Positions 1-11,139 of a DNA stretch of 64,000 bases are shown here, in pieces. Under the pieces are notes generated by a model. It did no database searches. It was not told the DNA's origin and worked only from the letters and a program-made list of their open reading frames with translations. The number at the start of each line of letters is the position of its first letter. Position 1 is the first letter of the stretch. The DNA comes from the human T2T-CHM13v2.0 reference genome, Homo sapiens: assembly GCF_009914755.1 (NCBI RefSeq), contig NC_060925.1; one strand, written 5' to 3'. Both the position numbers and the translations under genes were made by a program.

Positions 1-184
1 ATGGCCCCCTTCTAGTGGGTCAGTCAGCACAACCATCAAGTTCCAAGCTCAGATTCAGGTGGAGGACACAGATCTCCAAGGCGTGCACAGCCGGAGGCCT
101 GAGTGAGCACCTCTGACTGTCCAGCCCAGAGTAGGTGTTGAGTAAGAGCGGTCAAGCAGTGCCAGTTGGTAAAACCCACGCGGC

Positions 185-590
185 GTTAGCTTCCTGGGGA
201 GGTCCTAACCGGGTACCCCAGCCTGAGTGGCTGAAACAACAGATACTTCTCCTCCCACGGTCCTCAGGGCCAGAAGTCTGGGATCAGCTGTGGGCGGGGC
301 GGTCCTTTGGAGGCTCTGAGAACCCTTGTCCCGGCCTCCTTCTGGCTCCCTGGGGCTGCCGGCATCTTTGGCGTTCCCTAGTTTGTAGGAGCATCGCCCA
401 GCCTCAGCCTCTGTGTGCATGTCATATTCTACCCCGTGCGTGTTCACGTCCAGAGCCGTGTTTTATCAGGACACGGTCATTTGGATAAGGGAGCCACCCC
501 CAGCAAGGTGAGCTATCTTAACCCATCGCATCCGTGATGACCCTTCTTCCAAATAATGGCCGCTGGGACTGCAACCTACGAATATGGATA
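185..590 (-). mobile_element. MLT1 (ERVL-MaLR) solo LTR, diverged
   Basis: Motifs gagtggctgaaacaacaga, cagaagtctgggatcag, ttttatcaggacacggtcatttggataaggg and cttccaaataa resemble the reverse complement of MLT1B/C. Confidence 0.65.
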
Positions 591-1834
591 ACCTCACTTC
601 ATCTCCCATGGCCCCCTCTTCCCAAGGGAGCCCTGGGGCCCAGGGGACGCAGCTGCCACCAAGGCCCTGCTGGAATGTTCCCTGATCCTCATCCAGCCAG
701 CCACCCCTTCCCTCTAAAGCAGGTTGTTCTGAATCTGGGCCACTGGCCCGCTGCGCCCTGAAGCCTGTGTCGTCCATCAACTTCCAGAGGCCGCCGCTTC
801 ATGAATTACACACCATGCAAACGTCCGGCCAGCGGCTTAAGTATAAAGCGTGAGAAACACAGGAGATCATTCCGTGTTCGTGGTTTTGTAAGGTTTGAAA
901 AGCGATTTAAAATAATTTTAGGTTGTCCTGGGGTTGGCGAACAGTGTAATAGGCAATTTGAGAAGGCAAAGTTTTTAAACTGAAAGGTTTTGCCTCCTTG
1001 TTTCTAATTTTTAGAAACATGATGGATGTCAGCCGTGAGGTTGGGCCGACAGCTTCTGGGAACGATTTCCCAGCTCGCTCGGACCCAGGCGGGGGACCCT
1101 GCCAGGAGGGCACCGAGGGCCATGGCCACGTACAGAAAGAGGACGGCTTCCAGTCTTCAAATTGGAAACCTGCACCCGGCCTCCCTTGGCTAACCTCAAT
1201 CCCATAAGCAATCCGAAGGCATTGCTGAGCGGACAGAAAACTTTCCCGGTGTGTAGCCCGCTCGGTGTCTCTGGAAACCATGGTCGGAGGTGTGAGGGAT
1301 TGCTCACTAAACGCGGACGGCAGGCGAGGGGCTAGGAGGTGGCGTGGTCGAGCGAGGTGACCTGCGAGGGAAATGAGGTCACGGTCCCGCGTGATCATGG
1401 GGTCAGGCGTCCCGGCAGCAGTGCAGGGGAGGGGCTGTGTTTGCGGGGGGAGGCTGTTGGGAAATGGAGGTCGCAGTGCTCCACCCACCGCCCAGCCCGC
1501 CTCCGTTCTCTGCTGGCCCCAGCTCCTTGGGAGATGCAGGTGGGAAGGCCGTCGCCACCGTGGGGAATCAGATGTGCCCCGTGCTTGTTCCCCAGAGGTG
1601 CAAGCCCTGACCTCCGCCCTGCACAGGCCTCCTGCCACCCTGGGGATCAGCCGTGTTCCAATGGTAGGCTGGCGCCTCTCTGTGCCAAGTGACATGGTGC
1701 TTGGGGAGATGCCTGGGCATGGCCTGGTAGGCCAGTCACAGGAGCTCCGGGCCCCCCTCTGCCTGGCCCTTCATGCAGGGACTCAGCAGGCAGGCAGTCT
1801 TCTGGTGTGAGCGCCCGTGGGCTCAGGAGTGGGG

Positions 1835-2320
1835 CTTACCTAGGCCCAGGGACAGGGACTTACCTGGCCTCAGGGGCATGGACTCACCTGGGCTCAGGGA
1901 CAGTGACTTACCTGGGCTCAGGGACAGGGATGCACTTGGCCTTAGGGGCATGGACTCACCTGGGCTCAGGGACAGGGTTGCACTTGGCCTCAGGGGCATG
2001 GACTCACCTGGGCTCAGGGACGGTGACTCACCTGGGCTCAGAGACAGGGACTCACCAGGGCTCAGGGACAGTGACTCACCTGGGCTCAGGGACAGGGACT
2101 CACCTGGGCTCAGGGACAGGGACTCACCTGGGCCCAGGGACAGGGACTCACCTGGGCTCAGGGACAGTGACTCACCTGGGCTCAGAGACAGGGACTCACC
2201 AGGGCTCAGGGACAGTGACTCACCTGGGCTCAGGGACAGGGACTCACCTGGGCTCAGGGACAGGGACTCACCTGGGCTCAGGGACAGGGACTCACCTGGG
2301 CTCAGGGACAGGGACTCACC
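1835..2320. repeat. 24-bp minisatellite, about 20 copies (ACTCACCTGGGCTCAGGGACAGGG)
   Basis: Direct tandem periodicity. Units are degenerate at the 5' end and homogeneous at the 3' end. Confidence 0.97.
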
Positions 2321-3912
2321 TTTTTTTTCTCCCAGTGACCACACCATTCCGTTGTGGACCCAACAAGGTGCATGGTGAGCAAGTGCTTGGGAAGGGGCTC
2401 CCTGGGGCATGTCGGGGGCCTGGGATGGCGGGCGAGCCCCTCCTAGCCCCTGGTCTTTCCTGTTCCTGGGTCTGAGTGGCGCATGGGAACCTCACCTTGC
2501 TTTCCGTTTGGCTGAAATTCATTAACTGCCAGGAAATCATGGATTTCCAAGCCTGGCTTTTTCCATAGCCTTTTGCTTAGCAGAGAAAATCAAATGGATG
2601 CAAGCAAATAATGAGAAACAGCTCCCGAAGAGCTTTGCTCAAACACGGGGCTGTCTGGTGGTGGGCGTTCTGCGGAGGCAACTCCGATGCCCACGAGGGG
2701 TCCCTGCCAGGTGCCACAGGCCAGGCGTCTGACCGTGGGGAACCCTCGGAGGTTTTCCACAGTGAGCGTGGACAATTCTAGCAAGGAGAGCCAAACGCTG
2801 AGGCGCGTCCGGGCGAGGCTCACACGTGCTGCCAGGTGACAAACTGCTTTTGCTAAGCCCACTTGGTTTGGCGGCTCCCTTTAAATGAGGCCTTCTCAGG
2901 AATACAACCCCAGGGAACACATTTCACTGGCCTCAAAAGAGAAAGTGCTCACGAAGGGGACAGTCCCTCGCATCGCCAGTAACCGCAGCCTCTTCTCATC
3001 TGCACACTGGCCCTGGCTCCCTGACCCACAAGGTTGAACAGAATGCCCACCTCCCAGCACCCAGGGATGACGGCTGGAAAGGGAACCACAGCGCGGCCTG
3101 GGGCCCGGCCCAGGTGGGGAGAAGCCAGAGGACTCACTCGGGTGAGGTTCTTTGCCTCTCTGAGTGGCCCCATGGTTCTCACCGGTAAACTGGAGTTGCC
3201 ATGAAGCTCACTGTGTCTGGCGCTGGCCGTGCACCCTGGTTCAATTGCTCTGTCCTCACGGCGGCCTACGAAGCAGGTGCTGTTTTTCTCCTGCTGCATA
3301 GATGCTGCTACAAGGCCCAGAGACCTCAAGGCACTTGCTCGAGTACGCACGGTGGACACTGTCCAGTAAGGCTGAACACGCACCCTCCAACTGCCCTCCA
3401 TCCCCAGAAGGACTCCCAGGGAGGTGCAGGGAGCGAACACAGGGACGATCTGGATTGCACCTGGCAGGGAAGGCTCAGCTGGTGCTGGTCTACATGGCTA
3501 CTACTACTACCACCGGGGAGCCCGAGAAAGCGATTTTTCCAACAATATGATCAAGAGAAAAATAGAGGAGGAGGAGCCAGGGTGAAGGCCCCTGTCCCTC
3601 CCAGGCCTTCAGCCTGTACACAAAGCCCAGCAGTTGCCCTTTACGTGAGAGGAATTTCTGAAAACGACCCCGTTAAAAGCCATTCCGGAAATCCGTCATC
3701 CGCAGAACTCAAAGCTGCTCCCAGTTTTCTGGGAATTCAGGCCTGCGTGGGAGAGCCTCAGGGTTAGGGACAAGAGGGCCTGGTGGCTGGGGGCTGGAGG
3801 AGGTCCCCATGCTTGTCACCGGGGGTCACATTCGCGCTCATGTGCAGCCGGGGCGAAGGGCCTCCCACTCATGAATCCTGCCACAGGTGAAGAAGGTGCC
3901 AACCCGGAGCCT

Positions 3913-5037
3913 CCTCCCAGCGCCTCTGTGGCATTGCCCCCTGCTCCTGCCATCCTCCCACCCCACCCCTGCCTCCCAGCACCTCTGTGACATTGCCCCC
4001 CTGCTCCTGCCATCCTCCCACCCCACCCCTGCCTCCCAGCGCCTCTGTGACATTGCCCCCCTGCTCCTGCCATCCTCCCACCCCACCCCTGCCTCCCAGC
4101 GCCTCTGTGACATTGCCCCCTGCTCCTGCCATCCTCCCACCCCACCCCTGCCTCCCAGCGCCTCTGTGGCATTGCCCCCTGCTCCTGCCATCCTCCCACC
4201 CCACCCCTGCCTCCCAGCGCCTCTGTGACATTGCCCCCCTGCTCCTGCCATCCTCCCACCCCACCCCTGCCTCCCAGCGCCTCTGTGACATTGCCCCCCT
4301 GCTCCTGCCATCCTCCCACCCCACCCCTGCCTCCCAGCGCCTCTGTGACATTGCCCCCCTGCTCCTGCCATCCTCCCGCCCCACCCCTGCCTCCCAGCGC
4401 CTCTGTGGCATCGCCCCGCTCCTGCCATCCTCCCGCCCCACCCCTGCCTCCCAGCGCCTCTGTGACATTGCCCCCCTGCTCCTGCCATCCTCCCACCCCA
4501 CCCCTGCCTCCCAGCGCCTCTGTGGCATCGCCCCCGCTCCTGCCATCCTCCCGCCCCACCCCTGCCTCCCAGCGCCTCTGTGACATTGCCCCCCTGCTCC
4601 TGCCATCCTCCCACCCCACCCCTGCCTCCCAGCGCCTCTGTGGCATCGCCCCCGCTCCTGCCATCCTCCCACCCCACCCCTGCCTCCCAGCGCCTCTGTG
4701 GCATCGCCCCCGCTCCTGCCATCCTCCCGCCCCACCCCTGCCTCCCAGCGCCTCTGTGGCATCGCCCCCGCTCCTGCCATCCTCCCGCCCCACCCCTGCC
4801 TCCCAGCGCCTCTGTGGCATCGCCCCCGCTCCTGCCATCCTCCCGCCCCACCCCTGCCTCCCAGCGCCTCTGTGGCATCGCCCCCGCTCCTGCCATCCTC
4901 CCGCCCCACCCCTGCCTCCCAGCGCCTCTGTGGCATCGCCCCCGCTCCTGCCATCCTCCCGCCCCACCCCGCCTCCCAGCGCCTCTGTGGCATCGCCCCC
5001 GTTCCCACGCAGCCATCCTCCTGCCCCACCCCTGCCT
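3913..5037. repeat. 58-60-bp C-rich minisatellite, about 19 copies
   Basis: Unit CCTCCCAGCGCCTCTGTG(A/G)CAT(T/C)GCCCCC(CT)GCTCCTGCCATCCTCCC(A/G)CCCCACCCCTG, with two main variants. Confidence 0.97.
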
Positions 5038-6159
5038 GGTTTTCTGGAACCCCTGGAACCAGCATCACACAAGTGAGCAAGTGGCTCTTTCCAATCTTAC
5101 AACCCCCGCGGTGGAAGGAACAGGTGGAAAGATTGTTGAGACTTGTAAATTAGTTGCTAATGAGGAAAATCAGGAAATTTGCTGAGGCATAAAAAATGAG
5201 AAGTCCGGAGAAAGAAGACAAATGGACCCGCAGCTATTCCCGCCCCACCCCCGCCCCTCGCCCTTTCATACCCTGGTTTAGATCAGACTGAAATACAGAT
5301 CTGATGCCTAAGTTAATGCAAAGAAATTGCTTTAAAATGTAAAGGTGATTAATTGGATTAATGTGCAAAAAATGGTTAAAGTATGTCAGGGAATGAGGAG
5401 GGAGTGGGGGCCCGTGTTTCCCGGGCCACCTGCCACCTGCCCGGCCCATGGAAAGTGCTCTGCCAACATCATTTCCTGGAATGCTCAGAAGGACCCTGCC
5501 AGGTGGCCACTGTCGTTCCACTTCTGCAGATGAGAAGCTCTGGCCTACCGAGCCTACTCCTGGAGCCAGGTGGTTGCTGCCCACACCCCCTCCCACCTGA
5601 GCTGACCCCTGTGGCCACGCCCAGGGTGCAGGTTCAGGACCAGTGCAAGGGGACATGGGGCTGTAACCTGTAGGCTGATGAGTCCAACAGAAGCCTCCCC
5701 ACCCCTGTAAGAGGGACGTCCTGAGACCCTGTGCTGTGCCGCTGCTGCGGTCTCCAGCCTCTACTTGGAAGGCTTGTGACAAGTGTGGTGTGTGGCCCTG
5801 GACACTTTCTGAGCCTCAGCTGGCCCTGATGCTAAATGGGCCCATGGAGGTATTGTGTGGATTTTCTACTGTTTCTTTTCAACAAAACCCATGGTTTGGA
5901 ACCTCGGGAAGAAACAAACCTCATAAAAATGTGATTCCTAAGGCCCTTCCATCCGGCCCCCACCACCCTGAATCCCTAGGGTTAGAAAACACTCCTGAGG
6001 CTGACCCAGAGCTCAGGGAAACACCCTACGGTTGCCATGGGAGCCCCGTCCCTAGCGACTCTCCTCAGGGCCGGGGGTTGGAAGATACCACACAGGGGTG
6101 GGAGTGCAGGCCGAGGGGCTTGTTGGCCTGGGGTTTGAGCCCCACCCCTCTCCCGTGCA

Positions 6160-6250
6160 CAGCCTGGGGCATGTGCTGGCTTCTCTGTGCCTCAGTTTCC
6201 TGATCCATAAAATGGAGATAATAACAGGCCAGGTCCCGGGGTTGTTGCTG
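6160..6250 (+). mobile_element. MIR SINE core fragment
   Basis: ttctctgtgcctcagtttcctgatccataaaatggagataataaca matches the MIR core. Confidence 0.75.
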
Positions 6251-6519
6251 AGGGGCAGAGTATCCCTGTCACCTCCTCAACAAAGAGGCTGACAGAGGAA
6301 AACAAACGATTAAAGAAAAAAAAACAGAGCCCGCCCCCCACGGGCCCCCCAACACCCGCAAGGGCCTGCACCACTTCCACCGTCTCTGGCTCCTGTACGC
6401 CATCAGGATCTTGAAGGGGCAGGTGGGGAAGGGCTGGGCTCCCCCGCAGCCCCTGGTTCCCCCCGAGCCTCGGGCCCTCTCCCCTGGCTGCCGTGTCCAT
6501 GGGCCACGCTCGGGTCAGC

Positions 6520-6850
6520 GGCGAGCTAACGCCTTTGTCAGGGTGATTAATAGCGGGGGGACTGTCATTAATTCACTGCCTAATGACCGCGGCCCGCGCG
6601 CTCCGAGTAATCGGGTGATGTATGTGGACTGTGCACACCTCGTGGCAGAGGTGAAAATCATTTCGACAAGTCAAATATTGTCACAGGGAACAAATGGCTC
6701 TCCCTGTTAATAAAAATTAATGAATTTTTTTTTCTTTCTTTTTTCCTCGCCGCTGGCCTGCTAAATGAATCTGAGGGCAGCTGAGCGCGGACGGGCTGGG
6801 AAGGGTTAAGTTCTTGATTCCGTGGTTAAAACTATGAACGTCTTCATCAG
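6520..6850. promoter_or_regulatory. Candidate conserved enhancer (TAAT-rich, CpG-retaining island)
   Basis: TGATTAAT, TGTCATTAATT, CTAATG, GTAATC and TTAATAAAAATTAATG are clustered in non-repetitive sequence. Function is inferred only. Confidence 0.45.
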
Positions 6851-7789
6851 GGCAAGTGCGGCCAGGGGGCCAGGGTGGCCCTGCACCTGCAGCCTGGCTG
6901 CTTCCCCCAGGAGTGCCTGCAGGCCCTTCCGGGGTGGGGGTGCAGAGATCCCCCGCTCCAGGCCTGAAGGGGTGAGGCTTCCAGAGAGGGGCTGCAGCTG
7001 TCCCAGGCTCTCTGGACCTGAGGGTGATGGGAGCACCTTCAGGCTGCTCTCCCCACCCCTCCACTGCAGCCCCATCACCATGTGGGTGGGAATTAGGGAG
7101 CAGAGCCGAGTGGATTAGGACCAGGTGCTGGGCAATGAGTTTATCCAGGGAGGGTCCTCCTGGCCCCGAGAGCCGGAGCCCAAGGTGGCACCAGTTTCCC
7201 TAGGAGCATCTGGGTGGCCCCCAGACCCTGCCCTGGCTGCGAGGGGCGGGGAGTCAGGCCTCAAAGGCCTCAGCCTCCGCAGCTCCCCACCCCCACTCTG
7301 GTGGGAGGCCAGGCCAGGGCAGTGAGCCAGCCCGCCTCTGTGCCCAGAGGAGGCGGGGCCCGGGGGAGCAGGGGAAGGGAGGGCCTGCACCCACCATTGG
7401 CAACAAAGCTGTCCTGGCCGCTCCCGTCACCAGGGCTGGAGGCACACGGACATGGACAGTGCCCTCCCCACCCCATGATGCAAACCCCCAGTTTTCATCC
7501 CAGCAGCCAGGGCTGTCGGGAGCCCATGGCCTTCTCTGTCTGCAGCAGCCACGGTGGAGGCAGGCCACCGGGGAAACGTGTGTTTCAGCTCCCAGAGCTC
7601 GGGCTGATGGCGCCAGCCCAAACGAGGCTGTCCTCCCCAGCCCGTCTTGGCTAGAGAGCCCACACAGCCTCGCTGCAGTCCCTAAGGGAAGGCTGGGATA
7701 GGGGCACCCCTGTCCCAGCGGGACCCCGCACCCCTCAGCGCCCCACGGAGACCTGCACCTTCCAGACTGACAGTGCTCGGGGCCCTCTC

Positions 7790-7960
7790 TCCCTCTTGCG
7801 ATTTTTATTTCGGGGCCACGTTTGTTTACTTGCGGCGTGACTTGCTCTGGCCTGTGCACGGCAGCCACAGGCCCAGTTGGTAGGAACTAAAGAGATAAAT
7901 AAGTCTATAAATAGTTTGGTGGCGGTCGGCTGTTACGGCGCTTGCTCAGCATTTAACCCC
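7790..7960. promoter_or_regulatory. Candidate enhancer with FOX, GATA and MEF2 motifs
   Basis: TGTTTAC at 7823-7829, AGATAA at 7893-7898, CTATAAATAG at 7905-7914. Confidence 0.4.
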
Positions 7961-9139
7961 TTGTTCCTCCTCCTCGCTGTCCGGGCAGAGCCAGGGAAAG
8001 GGAAGCAGAGAACAGAAATCTCCGAGTGTGTTTTCTTTTCTGAACGAGCCCTGGCTGAGTGCACTTTGTCCTCGGGTGGCCTGGCCTGCAGAGCCTCCTG
8101 CGAGGACGCTGGCCTTGATTGCAACCCCCTCCAAACCCTCAGTGCCGCAGGTGCTCTGGCAGCTGGCAGAGGTGGCCATCCCAGGGTCACTGGCCATCCC
8201 TTCCTCTGCCCTCGGTATCCCACTTACAGCCTCCGAGTTTGCAGAAACACAGCTGTGTGTATTGGGGGGCCCTTCCCCAAATCTGCTCTGGCCACGAGCT
8301 GAGCTGGCTCCTGTCCTGCCCTCCTCGGGCTGGCAAGCCCAGGCCCCTTCTGGGTTCTGGTTGGCTCCATGGAACCTTTCCTTCCTCTTTCTGGAAGGAC
8401 CCCAGGACTCCAGAACACCTAAGCACCTGGCTGAGCCTCCAGGAAGAGCCTGAGGAAGCCTCCGGGTGAGAGGTGACCCTCGTCTCTGTGGCCACCCGGG
8501 CCCTCCACCAGCCAGAACCTCTTGTCGCCCTGCTTGGATCAGGGGCCTCCCGAGCACAAAGTCCTGGAGCAGCGAGCCGAGCTCCAGGTGCAAGCCCCCC
8601 GGCCTCCGCGCCACCGGGGGAGCTGCGATCCAGTAGAACGGGGTCCCCGGTGCTGAAGGAGCATCCCTGGGCCCAGCGGGAGGCTGTGAGGTACTCAACG
8701 GCTCCACGATGTCCTTATGCTGCTGTGGGCCCTGCCGGCTGCCAAGCCAGCTGCCCTAGGTGTGGGGGCCACCTAGCAATCAGGGTGGAGAAGGAGTTGA
8801 GAACAGAATCACCCACTCACATGCAGGTGAGGGGCAGGGCATATGGCTCTGAACGTCCCCCACGGTCTTCCCGGTTGGATTCGTGCCTGTTTTACAGAGG
8901 AGGAGGCTGAGGTCCAGAAGGTGGAAGTGGCTTTACCCCACTCCCAAGGTACAGAGGCTGGAAGGAGACCCTGTCCTTGCCTATAGGAATGAGAGTCAAC
9001 CAGGGTGGTGGGGGAAGTCAACCTTACCTGCTTTCCAGAGACCCCGAGATCTGGGCAGTGGGGCTGCTGACAGGAGCCTCGTTTCACTTGGGTGGAATAG
9101 CCTGGGTTTTGTTGATGCTAAGAGCACGCCGTAGATTCA

Positions 9140-9635
9140 GACGGCACACGCATGTTCACACCTGCTTCCCACAGTGGCGTGTGCTTCACTGTAGCTAAAA
9201 TGTGGACACACCACAGTGTCCATCCACAGATGAAGAGACAAGCCAAAGGCGGCACCCACATGCCTGGACTATTAGCCCTCAAAAGGAAGGAAACGGCGAC
9301 ACACGCCACCACCTGGAGGAAACTTGAGGACCTTGTGCTAAGCTAAGTAAGCCGGCTGTGAAAGGGCAATAGTGTAGGATCCCACTTACGGGAGGTCCCT
9401 AGAGTTATCACATGCATAGAGACGGAAAGTAGAATGGTGGCTGCCGGGGCTGGGGGAGGGGATGGAGAGTGTCTGTGGGGTAGACTTTCTCTCTGGGGAG
9501 ATGCAGGAGTTCTGGAGATGGGTGGTGGTGACTGAAGGCAGCGCACAGCATGAATGTGCTTAATGCCACTGAGCTGTGCGCTGAACAATGACTGAAATGA
9601 TACATTTGATGTTACATGTATCTGCCCACAGTCTT
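9140..9635 (+). mobile_element. L1MB-type LINE-1 3' end fragment
   Basis: gtgtccatccacagatgaa, aaaaggaaggaaa, cttgaggaccttgtgctaag, agagacggaaagtagaatggtggctgcc, gttctggagatgg and gaatgtgcttaatgccactgagctgt follow the L1MB 3' UTR in order. Confidence 0.85.
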
Positions 9636-10649
9636 TCTAGAAGCACGCTGTCACGATGCCAGATCTTAGCTCGTGGAGCTAGTGCTTGGAGCCAACACCG
9701 CCTGGTATTTGAGGGGTCCAGTGCATGCACAGTGAAGGGTTAAGGAGAGGCACCCCGCTCTGCTGCCGCCCAGATGCTGCTTAGCGCAGGGCCAGGGAGC
9801 CTCGGCTGTGATTCAGGAGGGAAACAGTGAGATGTGAGCAATCCGTGGCTACCTTGCTGCCCCCGGGGCTCAGGGAAGTGGTATATTAACCAAGGAATAA
9901 AGGAGAGGAAGAAAAAAGGCCAAATCACATCTCTCTGAAACAAAGAGGCTCTTTACCCGGAACAAGGCTTTATAAAAATGACAGTGGCATCGCGAGTCAT
10001 TCAGCGCCTGCCCGGGGCGATGGAGGCGGCGAGGAAATACAGGATGCGGGCTCTGAAATGGGAACGCTGCTGTCCCCGGAGCATTGCACGGATAAATAAT
10101 CGTCTTAGAATAATGCATCGGCTTTAGGTAGGGCCAGGTGGCCTGAGCTGCCCGACAGAGGCCTCCGTGGCCCTGCGTGAGGGCCAGATTCAGCTCGGCT
10201 GGTCAGGGGAGATTCCAGGGGCTGGGAGGGGCGTTCGTGGGCAGTGGCTTCGTGGACCCCAGTGGGACTTTGTGGTGGTCTGTGCAGCGCAGCCAGGCCC
10301 ACCCGCCTGCCCCAGAGGCGTGGGCTGCGCAGAGGCTGGGGCTGTTTGCCCTTCCCCTTGGCAGCGGATGTGCTTCTCTCCGAGCTTCAGGGCCGGCCCC
10401 TGGTGGGGTGAATGGCAGTCACACATCCTCCAGGCTGTCATGGGGCCGAGGCTCCGTGCTCAGCAATGCGGTTCCTCTGGGTGGTTTATGCTCCCGGTGC
10501 AAAGCCTTTGTTCTTCCTCTGAGAGAAGGGGGCCAACAACCTGCTTCAGGGCACCAGGAGCACGTTACAGCCAGAGGGGCTGGCAAGGAGGGTCATGTGT
10601 TCTCGGCCGGGCCCGTGCTATGGCCCGTGCTATGGTCGCTTTGGTCTTT

Positions 10650-11078
10650 GTGTGAGTGTCTTGGGTCTGCTTTAACGAAAGAGCACAAACTGGATGGACT
10701 GAAACAACCGAAGGGTGTGCTCCTACTCCGGAGGCCAGAGACACAAAGCCAGGCTGTGGACAGGGTCTTGTTCCCTCTGGAGGTCCTAGGGGAAGAGTCC
10801 CCGCTCACCTCTCCCAGCTTCTGGTGGCTCCAGGCATTCCTTGGCTCGGGGCAAATCCCTGCCTCTGTCATCATATGGGTGTCACCTGGGCATGTCTCTG
10901 TGTCCTTCTCCTTGTCCTATAAGGACATCAGTCCCATTGAATTAGGGCCCTCCCTAGTGACCTCACCTGAACTTGATTACCACTATAAAGACCTTATTTC
11001 CGAATCAGGTCACATTCTGAGGCCTGGGGGTTAGGGCTTGAATGCACCTTTTGGGGTGACATCATTCAACTGGTTACA
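10650..11078 (-). mobile_element. MLT1 (ERVL-MaLR) solo LTR
   Basis: cacaaactggatggactgaaacaac, cctctcccagcttctggtggctccaggcattccttggct, tataaggacatcagtc, attagggccc and ggtcacattctgagg...ttagggctt are MLT1B/C hallmarks. Confidence 0.85.
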
Positions 11079-11139
11079 GTCTTGGGAGCCGCTGGCCAGC
11101 CTGGGTGACAGTGGGGGCTGGTGGAGACTCCCTGAGTCA

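Noticed and set aside
907-1695. 262-aa minus-strand ORF and the many similar 60-280 aa ORFs throughout
   Set aside because: Pro/Gly/Ala/Arg-rich composition expected from GC-rich intron, with no homology I can recognise.
1773-2475. 195-222 aa repetitive ORFs on both strands
   Set aside because: They are translations of the 24-bp VNTR. The unit is a multiple of 3 and stop-free in those frames, with no domain or exon context.
3913-5037. CTCF-like (AGCGCCTCTGTGG) and PRDM9-like motifs in the VNTR unit
   Set aside because: The unit is two bases short of CTCF core spacing, and I could not find an exact CCNCCNTNNCCNC match.
3816-5185. Overlapping 200-418 aa Pro- or Gly-rich ORFs
   Set aside because: Artefacts of a stop-free GC-rich minisatellite, open in nearly all frames.
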